DNA from: Octopus sinensis
Lineage: Eukaryota
DNA: 64,000 nucleotides
NCBI RefSeq assembly: GCF_006345805.1
Contig: NC_043016.1
Span: 17,608,001-17,672,000 of the forward strand
Direction of reading: 5' to 3'
Below, piece by piece: positions 11,697 through 26,353 of the stretch. Both the position numbers and the translations under genes were made by a program. Below the pieces are notes generated by a model, which had not been told where the DNA came from, did not search any database, and was given only the letters and a program-made list of their open reading frames with translations. How positions within the stretch are numbered: the first letter of the stretch is position 1; each line of letters begins with the position of its first letter.

Positions 11697-13394
11697 TTGC
11701 GTAATACAAACTTTCGTTTCTTGAGACGAAAGTAAATTATTTTCGCTTTATCTCTGCAGGGTTAACTTTTGAAACAGCTGTAAAGATTTTCCAGGACTAC
11801 ATTTTCCTTCTCTAAATATATTTATGCTTATATTACATGGTTTATAAACTATGTATTTTTAATATAAAATTGCTCGCTTATCTTTTCTCTCGACTGTCCG
11901 CGGGAGCTTTATATTTATCATAGCTAACTCCTCCTCCGTTATACTATTCCACACTTTATGCCGTAGGATGTTGGGAATCTGGACTAATCCAAGCAATGAC
12001 AAGGGGTTTATCTACTCCACGCTTATCACAGCGTTTTCTTATCTATTGTATATACATGTGTCTATCTATCTGTATATACATACATATACATATATGTATA
12101 TATAAATGTGTGTGCGTTTGTGTACATGTATGTATATATTCATATGCATATGTGTATGCATATATATATATATTACGCAAGCAGGTATGCATGTTGAGGC
12201 ATACAAACATAAGCATACAAAAAGAAAAACATAGAAATCGGAGAAAGATGGATATTAGTAGTGGCGAGGTAGATAGAGCGAGAAGCAAGGGTCTGAGATC
12301 AAGAACAAGATCCTGCTAGTAAAAGTAAGGGAGAGGGAAAAGGGAAGAAAAAGTAAAGAAAAAAGAAAAAAAAAGGAGAAAGAAAGAGATAATAGATGAA
12401 AGGGTAATTTTGTCGGTTACAATCTGTCTATTTGAAATATATCAAATAAATCTAAGTTTTAGGAAAATAGAAATAGAGAAGCAAGGTCATAGAGAATTAA
12501 TTAGGGGGAAAGAAAGAAAGGATGGGGAGTAAACTAGGTATCACCCTGTTCGGGGAACGACAGAATGACTATTTGATAGTCGTAATATAGTATAATCCTT
12601 AAACATGCAGAAAGACAAGAGTTACTGGAAAAAAAAATGTAAAGTGGATCAAACAAGGAATAAATGGTAATGTTGTAAATATATAAGGGAGAACTAAAAA
12701 AACATATCGTTATATAATCATCATATGCGGAGCTTTTAAAGATTTCAAGGTATCATAAGAATAAAGAGATTTCATAATTCTAACTGAGCCAAGTTGATAT
12801 ATGTAAATAGATTAAGAGGGATATATTAAAGCTAAGGCAAAGATCTAATAGATCGAAATGCATGTTTATAGTTATCTGGGACGACTGGAGCTCAAGTGAT
12901 CTATGATAAAAATTAAACGTTTTTAATAATCGATGTCTACAGAATGTAACTGTATCACGCTTTTTATTTAGGATAAGGTCCCTATAACCACGTAATATTT
13001 CAAGAGATTCTCTGCTGCAATGCAGTTAGCATTTTGATGTCGCCCAGTCCTAATGATAGACCAAGTAATATAATTTGAGATGCTTTTTGTTATGAAGTAA
13101 TTTATATAATTTAGTGACGATTCTTAACGAGGTGGAAGATTTGTGCGTAATCCTGTAATCAGCGGAAGAACCAATATATATATATTTGTCGAATTTTGGT
13201 AGCTAGTATAAAAAATGCAACTGTATACGATTTTATATCGCAAGCGATCACACCCATTTCGCAATTGTTAGGTTCTCAACAATTACCTTTTTTTCGAATC
13301 GTGTTGATTCATCATTATCGTTAATGCTATTGTCATTCATATTCTTCTCCATATTGTCAATATTACAATAAAAATTATTATCATTATTATTATT

Positions 13395-13612
13395 ATTCTA
13401 TGTTTGACTTTTGCTTTATATTTGTACAAGTTGGCTCCAAGTCTCACCCAGAGACCTCAAGAGACAACAGGGTTGGAAGTTCATGTTGTTGTTATGCCTA
13501 GTGTGCCATATATTTGGGGGGTGGGGATGTTGTACTAATGAATGTCTAAAAAAAAAAAAAAAAAAATTTTTTTTTTTTTTTTAAACCGAAAATTATGTTA
13601 TTATTATTATTA

Positions 13613-13654
<42 letters not shown>

Positions 13655-14115
13655 CATGATCATTTATGGTTTCCTTTCATTAGCTGCCTTAGTACCATAC
13701 ATCCTCCAGAGGTCAAGAATGGCAAGGGTACTTTTGTTTTGCTATGCATGCTAAAATTATCACCACATTTATTCCATTTTAGATGGAGAGTGTTTTCCGT
13801 CTTATATGGTCTGTACCCATCAAGGTTATCTTTTGTAGTTCACAGGGATTAGAGTTACCAAGGAGTTGCTTAATATACTTCTCAGCTCCCTTCCATATCA
13901 TTCCCAACGCACCAATTACTACTTTCTGGGTATGATGGAAAGTGTTAGCTATCCACAGCCAGCAGACTGGGGTGACACTTGTTTACTGGTCATGCTTCAA
14001 GAACCATGTGAAGAACTCTTGCAGTTCCAAGGAATGCTGATTTTTGTAGGTGTTCTACCTACACGCTTGCACCGACCAGTTTCAACCATGTTGGTAGTTG
14101 AGTGCTGATACTTCC
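13395..14115 (-). mobile_element. Two tandem 3' ends of R4/Dong-like LINEs
   Basis: Minus strand: HLQKSAFLGTARVLHMVLEA* plus UTR, then VIGALGMIWKG..ELQKITLMGTDHIRRKTLSI*. The 3' UTR matches 53970-54095 and ends in (AAT)n. Confidence 0.8.
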
Positions 14116-14116
14116 A

Positions 14117-14945
<829 letters not shown>

Positions 14946-16442
14946 GTTGCTGTTATTAGAAAAAATTAGCAGGTATATTTATATATATATTTATCTTAAA
15001 ATTTACTTCCGGCTCCAGTAAGGTTGCTATTTGGAGGGCTGTTATTGCGAATGGTGTCAGTCTTGCTATTAGTAATGCCAATAAAGCTGTTAGTCACACC
15101 AACATTATCATTGTTATTACATGATTACTAGGAATGCTGTTATAAAATTAAGATACTCCTGAGTACATATGGATTAAGTCGAATTTTTATATGAGAGAAG
15201 CCGCAGTCCAGGAGTCAGGATTAGGTGAAGAAGAGTAAGAAAGCTTTATATTGGAAGAGTTAGATACACAGTGGTATTTATATTGAGGTGGAAAAATTTA
15301 AGTTTAGAAGATTGAAAGAGTGTTTAAGTAGACATTTAACTTGTAAACGAAATAGAGGAGTAAACAATTGAACCCCGCGCCTGCTGCTCTCGTTATGTCG
15401 TACAAGATGTTTCAGGTGGCGAGAGTTACCCTGAGTAAGAGGTGGTTTTTAGGTAACCTAAACTATCATAGGTAAGAGTAATCGCCGGCAAAACCAGGGT
15501 AAAATACTAGTATTACTATTAATGTTAGGAAGACAGAAAGTTATTATCGGACAAGCTCTATGGGATATACTTTTTGATATTAAAGGTCTTAAATTCATCT
15601 ACAAGGAGCTTTTTGTGTGGAGTTAATTGTTCAAGCTTAATTTTTTATTCTAGTTTAGGGGATGAAAAGCACTACTGGTGGACATAGCCAGATTGAAATA
15701 TGTAGCATGACTATTTGAAATATCTTCAATTGTCGAAAGACCGGAAATTCTAATGAACACGCTATTGATAACATTACTTAAGACTAAGTTTTGGTGGTTA
15801 GAATTAGAATTAGTTTATTCGAAGCATGAATTAGTTTTATGTAAAAGATAATATAAATCTAAAGTAACGTGTAAGAAATTAGTCATTTCAAAACTATTAT
15901 CGAAGGTAATATATAAAAATTATAATTACTGAAGAATTAATGTTGTACTTTCTGGGCGATTTTAAAGTTGGATTTGGAATATCTGGTGGCCACGATCAAA
16001 TTCCCTATAGAGAACACCCAAAATCTTAGAAAAATGTGTGTGGTGTTGGTGTACAAGATATATGATATTGGTACTTACACACAAACACACACATATATGT
16101 AGATAAATGGATTACAGGTAGGGTTTCAATTCTAAGTATTTCAGTTTTTCCATCAAAGAAACTATCTCGTCGTTGCATTATAGTGAAACTCGCTGAGGTT
16201 TCTAAAAGCATTTCTAAACTTAACTTATTACTAAGATAGAATCAGGTGCTCCATTCAGTTTCAAGAACAGTAATTAAAACATTCAAAGACAGCTTTCACT
16301 TAGCTATAACCCTATTAGGTCTAGGATTGGGACAACCCGACGTAAAGGCAGCGGGTACTGTGCAGTGGGATCAAATGCAAAGATAATTTCATTACTTCTG
16401 GAACATCCCTGAACCCATTGCGCCCTCACATATATATATGGA

Positions 16443-16820
16443 GGCGCAATGGCCCAGTGGATAGGGCAGCGGACTCGTGGTCGTAGGATTGCAGTTTCGA
16501 TTCCCAGACCAGGTGTTGTGAGTGTTTACTGAGCGAAAACACCTAAAGCTCCATGAGGCTCCGGCAGGGGGTGGTGGCGAAACCTGCTGTACTCTTTCAC
16601 CACAAATTTCTCTCACTCTTTCTTCCTGTTTCTGTTGTACCTGTATTTCAAAGGACCAGTCTTGTCACACTCTGTGTCACGCTGAATCTCCCTGAGAACT
16701 ACATTAAGGGGAACATGTGTCTGTAGAGTGCTCAACCACTTGTACGTTAATTTCACGAGCAGGCTGTTCCGTTGCTCGGATCACCTGGAATACTCGTCTT
16801 ACTAAACAACGGAGTGCCAC
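16443..16820 (+). mobile_element. tRNA-derived SINE (family A here)
   Basis: A box tggcccagtgg, B box gtttcgattccc. 3' tail (tgtcacgctgaatctcc..cacgttaatttcacgagc) is shared with 26031-26353; followed by (TA)n. Confidence 0.85.
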
Positions 16821-16822
16821 GA

Positions 16823-16910
<88 letters not shown>

Positions 16911-16936
16911 CATACATACATATATATATATGTATG

Positions 16937-16969
<33 letters not shown>

Positions 16970-17519
16970 GTATATATATATATTCACACACGTAAGCAAC
17001 CTGCTCCCGCCACATATCCTTTCTAACATGCATTCTCAAGTCTCGAGGGACTTGCTGGCGAGCTGTTGCACCATACGTCAAGATCTTAAAACCTGGCGTA
17101 GCCAACTATTTCAAGGTCTTAACACTGCTTATCCAGGGATAAACAGAATGAAAAGAGAAAAGGGAGAGAATGAGAGAGTGACAGAGAGAAATGATAAAGA
17201 CAGATAGAGACAGTGATGAAGGAAAGAGAGTTCAACCAGAAATAAGAGTGATAAGTTATCTAACGATATCGAAGGGACGTGTGGCAAGGTTGACTTGTAG
17301 GATTTCAGCAGAGAGTGCAAAAAGAGGGAACGAATACCATAAAATATTCTAGCCATCACCCTAAAAACTCTGATAACTCCTCGCTTTAAATGAAGATGCT
17401 TACAATTGTTAGGGCCTTCACAGCTGTCCCCCTATCAAAGTGCTATCAGTATCTACTAAATGTTTACAAAACACATACACATTAACCGCAAAACTACGAA
17501 GTGTGCACGTGTACATGTG

Positions 17520-17760
17520 TGTGTGCGTGTGTGTGTGTGTGTGTGTGCGTGTGTGTGTGTGTGTGTGTGTATGCGTGCTTGCGTGGGCTTGTCTATGTCT
17601 CCATAATTTTGCAGTTCGGCAAAAGAAATCGACAGAATGAGCACCGTGTTTAAAAAATACTAAGTGTTGGGGTCGATTTTTTTTCGACTAAACTTCTCAA
17701 GGTGGTACCACAATATGGTCGGAGTCCAATGACCGAAACACGTTAGAGAAGATAAAAGAA
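17520..17760 (+). mobile_element. 3' half of a family-B SINE
   Basis: After (TG)n: gttcggcaaaagaaatcgacagaat..ggggtcgatttt..cgactaa..tgaccgaaaca, similar to 31770-31965. Confidence 0.6.
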
Positions 17761-19355
17761 GACGTTCACGTATAAACTCACACACAAAATTATTAGTAAA
17801 ATAGCAATCCTTAATGATTGCCGACTTCCTACATAGAACACTGGATTTAATTACAGGTAAACAACCCTGACAGGAATACATGTTAGGATGTATATACTTA
17901 CATAGACAAATAGATATAGAGAAAGAGGCAAAATCCCAACCAATCCCCGACGGTAACTAGGAACTTTATGGCTGAAATAAATAGGAGTGTCTCTTTACTA
18001 TCTTCAGACAATTATTGCTTTAAGAGGCTATCTTCTACTATAATGATGGTTAATTTTTAGGTCACAATACATATAGAACAATACCCTTCCAATACACCAA
18101 AGAAGAACTAGTATGAAGAAGGTAACTTAGTTTAATCCACCATTCAACTTGAATGTTACTTGCAGTGTAGCCAAGGACTTTCTAGCTCTGGTGAAATTTC
18201 CTGTCAAGTCAAATACCACAAACTTTTCAGCATCCATAATGTTATGGTCAGCTATTTCTGCTCGGACATTATTTGCCAGAACATACACTACAACTATAGA
18301 ATGAAAAGCCTGAACATGACTGGTCAAATAGTTTGCAAAATGAAGAATTTTTACAAAATAATATAAGAGAAGGAAAGAGGAAGAGAAAGATAGAGAGAAG
18401 AGAAATAAAATGATAGGGGAAGGGATAGACAGAGCAATTTGAAGAAAGAGAGAGAGAGAGAGAGAAGAATAGAAAGAGAGCGGTATAACGATAACAGGAT
18501 AATAGTAAAATGGAAAATGTTTATTATATATTTTAGGAAAATACAAAATACATCTTTTAAGAGGATTTAAGAAAATATATTTTAAGCAAGTAAAAGGCAG
18601 GTATGACAACTTTAGCTTCTAACAGAAACAGCAAACTTGAAAAGTTTCGAAATAATAAAAGCAACACAAGCTAAGTTTCGAAGTACTAATCAAAGACGGT
18701 CTGTAAGCCCGAAGTTGTGTTATGATTTGCAAATGTTAAATATTTGAAAGGCAAGCACAGAATGTGTGTGTGTGTATGATTGGCGTTGAGGAACATAATC
18801 AAATAATGTAATATGGACGTTTTTTTTTTGTGTGTGAGTGTTTTGAATTGTCATAATTCAGTTAACGTTTTTCGATAGAATGTCTGAGGATGTGTTGTTA
18901 ATTTTAGAACAGGTAAGTCTATTTTTAGAAGACAATTCAATTATACGTAATGAACTGAAAACAAAATCTCTTTAAGCATCTATTAGTGACCGTTTTAATT
19001 GGTCAAGTTGGGAACGTGTTAGACTATTACGACCAGAGTTCGTGTCTACTGCAGGACTAATTAATGTACAAGGAAAAGTTAAACACTGACCAAATGGACA
19101 CTTTTTAAAAAGGAAAATTTTAAAATATAAATTGTGACAAAATTTCTTCGGGTCGATGGACACCGCTTAATCATTTCTCTTTAAGATGTATTTACTTACT
19201 CATTTATTTTATAGCATGTACCTATGATTTCTATGGGAAGATCAGTTTTATTGCATTTCCGAAGGCAAGAGTGATCGAAGAGTACCTATAACTAACACAC
19301 ACACAATCGTGCGCGCGCGTACATAACATTCTCAGACCGAGAAGGAAAGAAATGA

Positions 19356-19390
<35 letters not shown>

Positions 19391-19597
19391 ATAAGAAAGA
19401 TAACGAACATGATATGTTTCTGTACAGTTTAGTGTATCAATTTTCATAAACATGTATTGGTTATTCCTAGCATATTATAAAAGATACTTGTTCAAGTTCT
19501 GTGCAAGAAGAGAGGATTCAGATTAGCGTGGTTGCGAATCACTTAATCTCGTAAAAACACTTGCATCTATAAACTTAATAGAGGGGTAGTGTGCCTG

Positions 19598-19601
19598 CAT
19601 G

Positions 19602-19637
<36 letters not shown>

Positions 19638-19880
19638 TGTATGTATGTATGTATGTATGTATGTGTGTGTGTGTATGTATGTATGTATGTATGTATGTAT
19701 GTATGTATGTATGTATGTATGTATGTATATATGTATGTGTGTATGTATGTATGAATGTATGTATGTATGTGTGTGTGTATGTATGTGTGTGTGTATGTGT
19801 GGATGGATGGATGGATGGATGGATGTATGGATGGATGGATGTGTATGTGTATGTGCGTGTGCGTGTGTATGTATATACAC
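19598..19880. repeat. (TATG)n/(GGAT)n microsatellite
   Basis: Direct inspection. Confidence 0.95.
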
Positions 19881-20569
19881 ATATAAAAGATAAAAGGAAC
19901 AGGAGTTACGTAATCACATTCATTTGACCTAAAACTATTTTCACAACCAGAAACCGTGCTCCGAGAAATGGGAGCAAAATGTGTCGTCTGACAGCTCAGA
20001 CGACTGCAAGATGCCAGTGAACGTAATTACTTAGCGTCCATTATTTTATCATCAACTAATTATTCTATTTCTTAACCTCACGCTCTCTACTCATCTTCTA
20101 GTTTACATAGGAACCCAATGAGTCCATGCCATTTCATAGCTGGAACTTATACATATTTTAAGTTCTAACAACTAGCTATTCTTTCTGCTACGACTAAGCA
20201 CAATCATAATACATATACACAAATCGAATAATGCAATAAAAACTGTTTGATTATACATGGTTTACTTTTAAGATTCATGCCTTGAAAGGACATTTTTCAA
20301 ACCTGCAAGTATTTATCGAGCTTAAGATTCATACATGTAATCGTTAGAAATTTTGTTTTTTTAAATATTCGTTTCCGTTTCGCCAATATGGAGAATTGAA
20401 GAACGAGAACGAGAATGATTTCTTTCCCTTTATCTCTACATTAATCGTAGGAAAATAGTTAAATGATGATATAAATATATTCATTTAGAAAAGAAGAAAC
20501 ATGTAACGAGACAAGCTAACGAAAGTGATAGGGTAAGAAAAAATGATTATAAAAGTAGAGTTCATAAAG

Positions 20570-20625
<56 letters not shown>

Positions 20626-20675
20626 TATAATAATTATTATTATTATTATTATTATATCATTATTATTATTATATT

Positions 20676-21228
20676 GAGTGAGAGAGCAGTTCATGCCATC
20701 AAAGTGACACTGGGGTAAAATATACGAAGCCCAATATACCCATCATGACTACCCGTCTGATAAGGGTACACCAGGCACATGCATCACAACCATATGTGCG
20801 CGACATGGTGATCTCATATCAAGATAAACAGCACATGACCTTGCAGGTGGGCCCAGTTAGAATTTTCTTCCGGTTGAGTAGCCCATCCTGCTCAAACGGT
20901 CCCTGAATAAGGGTTGTTTAAGGATGTTGAAAGAACCACCCATGTTTCCAGAGGTGAACCATTCAAACTCCAAAGAATCCCTCTCAACACATGGCTATGA
21001 TGCTCCCCCACTACTTCTGCTCGTGATCAGAGATGCACATATCGTCAGCCACTAAGGGACATGCTCAACTGGTTAAGGTCAAACAACTGACAAGCAAATC
21101 TGTGGTATTGAGCAGAATATTTGCTGTAGCCCATCTTTTATACCAAGACAAAACAATGTACACGATAACACTTCCAATCAGTTAAGATCAGAAGCCATGA
21201 GAGCCACTGCCTGGTACTGCATCAGGGC

Positions 21229-21232
<4 letters not shown>
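20676..21232. mobile_element. ~560-bp (TTA)n-embedded element, copy 2 (apparently complete)
   Basis: Termini gagtgagagagcag... and ...ggtactgcatcagggcattt, with (TTA)n on both sides. Confidence 0.88.
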
Positions 21233-21324
<92 letters not shown>

Positions 21325-21558
21325 GGAATATAAAATTCCAAGGCGACAGGGGAAAACAAACTCAATTTAGTTATACTAAATCAATTTCACGTTTTATTAA
21401 ACATATATAAAACTAAGAGACACAACCTCCATAAAGTAATTCAATTAATAAAGAAAGATATTATCTATAATAAAATATTAATTTAAATATATTATTATTA
21501 ATATAGTACTAAAAATTTCTATATTAAATAATACACATTAAAACAATACGCATTAAAA

Positions 21559-21608
<50 letters not shown>

Positions 21609-21812
21609 GGATGCAGCACGGATTTTTGTCAGTGAACAGGTCGCGGATTTTAGCGACGAAAATATTTTGACATATTAAACTTAAATGTTGAAGTGAATCG
21701 AACGGCTTGTGTGTGTTTCTTAAATGGCTTATAAACACCTTCCACGCTGCAATTGTTTTCGTTTCAGCACACGATCTCAGATCAAGTTACTTGCTATGCG
21801 AGTACATCTCCG

Positions 21813-21858
<46 letters not shown>

Positions 21859-21878
21859 CACACACACACACACACACA

Positions 21879-21942
<64 letters not shown>

Positions 21943-21954
21943 CACATATATATA

Positions 21955-22292
21955 TAGGGTAAAGGGTAAAGAGCCCCTTCGGTCATGAATGACCATGAGA
22001 TTGGGCCCAGAAAATGCCCCTCCAAGGTACAAGTCCAGGTAAAGTTGCTTATGGAATACCACCAGTCGCCCATGCATACCAGCTGCACCCCACCATACTA
22101 CTGATGTTACTCAAGGGAGAGGCAAAGGGGCCGACACAGCTTGGCACCAGTTACGTCGCGACTCATTTCTACAGCTGAGTGAACTGGAGCAACGTGAAAT
22201 AAAGTATCTTGCTCAAGAACACAACACACAATCCGGTCCTGGAATCGAACTCATAACCTCATGACTGTGAGTCCGATGCTCTAACCACTGAT
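21955..22292 (-). mobile_element. tRNA-derived SINE (family D here)
   Basis: Minus strand: cagtggttagagcatcggactc..gagttcgattcc, then core cttgagcaagatactttatttcacgttgctccagttcactcagctg. Confidence 0.82.
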
Positions 22293-22439
22293 GCTTATTA
22301 ACTCGCATATAATTATAGTACACATTCACATATAATTACAGCCGAATTAAAATGAAAGTATATATAGGAAAAGGAGCTATCTTAGTAGGTAGGTGGCGGT
22401 TATTAGCGGGTACAGTTAGTCAGGTGGTGATAGTAGTAG

Positions 22440-24400
22440 GTGTTTCTTGAAATGCCTATATTACTCGAAAATTTAGAATCCAGTGTTTAAATTCAATGTT
22501 GCAAAAGACTGTTGTTGAGGCTTCTGTGTTGCTCAAAGATCACATCTTTTTGTTCATTTCTTGAAACGTCTTGATTTGTCAACAATCTTCCATTTGATAT
22601 TATAATTGGAAATCGTTTCTTTCATTGCCAGATTAAGTTATAGAATCCAGTTATATCTCTCTTTTTAATAAATATTAAAGAGGAAATATGATTGAAGTGT
22701 CTTTTCTGGAAGTTTCCCCGATCAAGCTAATGTAGTGATTGCGAACGGCGTCGAGGTTCAGTTTGAAAGCAGTTACCTCATATTAGTACGTGAGGGCTTC
22801 CGCAATACAATACATATTAGTGAGCAATGTCTTGGCGTTTCTTCAGGAGTAGTTGACCTCAGTTCTACTGTGTCATGTGTGGGATAGGATATTCTTCATA
22901 TTGGTGGTGAAACTAACTTATTTCACGTACATGTCTGTTAAGTAGTTTTCTATATTATTAAATGTTTTTTTATAATATAGTTAATGGGGATGTGTGCTTC
23001 CAATCAAGGAGTTGAAGGCTTTCTTGCTTAGAAGAAATATGAATCATAAAATATAGGTGTTGGTAATAACTCAGGTGTTGGTAATTTCCCCGCTAAATTA
23101 GCCAATTCCTTGTTTGGCGATAAATTGAAAATCCTTATGAAGGTTTTTTAAAAACAATGTATAGGTAGTGTGAACCTAAGTTGATATAAATAAGTTTTTC
23201 TTATTAGTTTTGTTCAATAATTTATGTAAGCTAGTTGTTCATTTTATTGTTACATCAAAGAAGTTAACTAAAGTTACATTTTTACCGATAACAATTGTTA
23301 GCTTATACGTTCTGAGTATTTAAGAGCTGAGTGTGTTAATAATTGTAACCTTTAAGGAGTCTAATGTGTGTTCACTGGAATTCTGAATACAGTAATTCCT
23401 CGCCATATCGCTGTTCACCTATCGCGGTTTACTATTTAAGCTTACGTTGATTCCTTCGTGGTGTTGTTTTGCATTTATAATAAAATATACGCAAATTATA
23501 AAGATATCTAAACAAATATATAGTACAGTATTGTTTCAACTTCGCAGATTTCCACCTATTGCGGGTGGTGGGGGTGGAGTTCAGAACGTAACACCTACGA
23601 TAGTTGAAGAATTACTGTATAGCTAATCTTTCGTTTTGATATAACTGAAATCTACTGAAGTAAATTTATTACATAATACATCGAAAATATATCATTCCAT
23701 AAGATCACCTATCTCTGCGTTATGATATATTCCAATCGGATGCTTTGTGAAAAAGTAGAGTTCTTCAAGTGCAAATGATAATTTCGATGCCCTTATCACT
23801 TATGGATAGTATTGTAAGTCTTAATAAATCCGGGATCTATATATGGTGCTGGAAAGGGAAGGATAAAAATCAACAATGTCGAGTTGGGAAATTCAAGTTA
23901 TGTTTGATATCAATATATTTAAGTTAGCAAATAACTGTGAAAATACTGTTCCATTGTCAAAGGAACATTAGCTTTCCTAAGATTGTTCTTAAAGTTACAA
24001 AATTTTTCTAAGTAGTTCAGTTTCTGATTTAGCTGTTAAGGTACAAAATTATTTTTGAGACATACTCAACAGAATGAAGATCCAGGGTTATATCTTGACT
24101 TCAAATAACTAAATCACTCACACCTTCAAGTCTTGGATGCAGACCATGAAAATGTTTCGGAGTCATCCACGATTCTCTTCCGCAAAATCATGATACGAAA
24201 CTATTTCATGAATCCTTGTTAAAAAAGTGAAAGTCCAAGAAAATATTCTGTCGAATTACTTGATGTGAAATCACTTTCACTGAGTTGTTTATGACTGAAA
24301 ATCGTATTCTGAGGGTTCCTCAGTTTGTCGCATATCATTGGCAGCAACGCCATATCGTGATCAAAGCATAAGAACCTCCTTTCTCCTCTAACCTGGCGTC
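22440..24400 (-). mobile_element. Highly decayed Penelope-like element of a second lineage
   Basis: Minus-strand remnants: AKSETELLRKIL; WNSIFTVI..FYPSLS; VNFFDVTI; TTNMKNILSHT; NYNIKWKIVDK..TKRCDL. These match the PLE RT and GIY-YIG C-terminal motifs. Confidence 0.6.
23390..23617. mobile_element. MITE of the Tc1/mariner-pogo (Tigger-like) superfamily nested in the PLE
   Basis: TIRs CAGTAATTCCTC / GAAGAATTACTG with a TA duplication at 23388-89 and 23618-19; 228 bp, non-coding. Confidence 0.78.
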
Positions 24401-26030
24401 AGAGCAAGTGAGAATATAATATTGGTTGAAATAAGTTTGAAGCTTATGGGAACGCTTGAACTCAGTTCAGAAGCTAATGAAGCAATTGTTAAACATACAT
24501 AAGTTGCACCTCGTTTTTTTTTTGCAGTGGTGATCAGTATCTAAACATAGTTACCAAATGTATTGTCAAGAGGAACGTGGCTTGGCTGTGCACAGTAGCA
24601 AATGCTGTCGACAAGTTGTCAATCCTTCGGAACACGGAAACTATTGATACTTCCAGTTTCTGGTTTATCGTAAAGCTTAAGCCATATTAATTAAATATAC
24701 AGTTCATGCGTTTTCCAAATTCTTAACTCGAAGTCTAAATACTTAAATGCATACTTTCTTATTACAAAAATACACTATTTTAGCCATGATTAAGAAATGA
24801 AAGTTGTATGTGCTAGTCTCAATGCCCAGATAATTTTAAACTCTGAGCCCACCAATAAATAATTAAATAGATAAAATAAAATTAAAAAATTAAAATTAAA
24901 AGATACCAAAATTTATCAGTAGAAGTGAAATGTCATTGCTTTAGATTTCTTTGAGCATTGTGTAGTTTGATATTTGAATTTTGTGGAACATTGATTTTTG
25001 TCTTTTTTTTTAGACTTCAAGAATTCATAAAACTGATTCTTAATCTTGGTCTCAATAAATTAAAATGGATGAAAGTTAAATATTATCCAGGATAAGAAGC
25101 TAGTCTATAAGGAAATTACACAGCATAAAAGAAGATGTCTTTACTTGAAATATACTGAATATCTACAGTGCGTTTGAAAGCCACAGCGTAGTTAGTAATC
25201 TAACGTTTCATCTATTGTAATTACTTTTCTATTTGAGAAATTTCGGTTATGTAAAGTGTTTCTATCAAAAATATCACTTGGGTAATAATAATTTTACTGA
25301 GAATCAGTTATATTTTCATAAAAGCGGAGACATTTGGACGTGATCTTTGTACTAGAAACATTTAGATCTCTGTTAAAAAACGAGACTCATACAATTCAAT
25401 AGGAAACTCATTTTTTGCATGTTTCACATGATTTTATTTGTTAAATTCTCATTTTCAGAATTCTAGATTCACAAGCAAAAAGAAAAAGAAATGATTTTCA
25501 ATTCATTGCAGTACTTTGACTCTCATTTCTATTCCACAAAGACATGGTATTTTTTTCTATTATCATATGTGATAACATATCCTTCATCATGTAATTGTTT
25601 ATGACAAAGACATAAGACCCCAAAATTTTGGGGAGGAAAACAATCTATCATATTATTTCTCAGTACTTAACTGGCACTTTATTTTATCTTCTTTGGGGAA
25701 TGAAACACAAAGCTGACCTCTGTGGAAGTTTACAAAATTTATGAGGCAAAAACTGTATACGAACCTTATATCAGGAAGTCTCTTTGTTAAAATGTAACTG
25801 TATCTTACAACTTACTGTTTGGAACTCTTGTTAAACGTTATTATTAATTATTAGTATTTAATACCACATAGCTCACTTTTATACAGCATTGTATGACGTT
25901 TTGGGCCTATTTTAAGTGTATTTTCTATGTTAAAAAATTGCTAAATTCTTTCTGTATTTTCAAAGAAATTCTAAATTAACTTTTGTCCAAAGCAACAAGA
26001 ATAAGCTTTTAAAACTTCATTACAAGGTAT

Positions 26031-26353
26031 AGGTGTGAAGGCGCGTGGCTTAATGATTAGAGCATTTGGCTCAAGCTCGTAAGGTAGAGAGTTCAATTCC
26101 CGGCGCTGCGTTAGATCCTTGAGCAAGACGCTTTATTTCATGTTGTTTCAGTCCACTCAGCTGCAAAAAGGGAGTTGTACTTGTATTTCAATGGGGGGGG
26201 GCGCCTTGTCACATCCTGTGTCACGCTGAATCTCCTTGAGAACTACGTTAAGGGTACTCGTGTTTGTGAAGCCACTTGCACGTTAATATCACGAGCTGGC
26301 TGTTCTGTTGATCGCATCAGCTGGAACACTCATCGTCGCAACGGATGGACTGC
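26031..26353 (+). mobile_element. Chimeric tRNA-derived SINE (core as family D, tail as family A)
   Basis: Head gtggcttaatgattagagc..gagttcaattccc; core ccttgagcaagacgctttatttca..gtccactcagctg; tail tgtcacgctgaatctcc..gttaatatcacgagc. Confidence 0.8.

Noticed and set aside
18127-18609. 160-aa minus-strand ORF as a possible downstream eag exon
   Set aside because: It lacks the expected S6/C-linker motif (LLYATIFG..YH), and half of it is a (CT)n tract.
18870-18920. Possible plus-strand mini-exon (tttcgatAG...cag|GTAAGT)
   Set aside because: Splice-like motifs occur often by chance, and there is no partner exon or homology.
24060-24360. Apparent Tc1/mariner motifs (RIVDDSET, SQDITLDL)
   Set aside because: The similarity is weak. 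Another frame gives AKSETELLRKIL, collinear with the PLE RT, and no matching TIRs were found.
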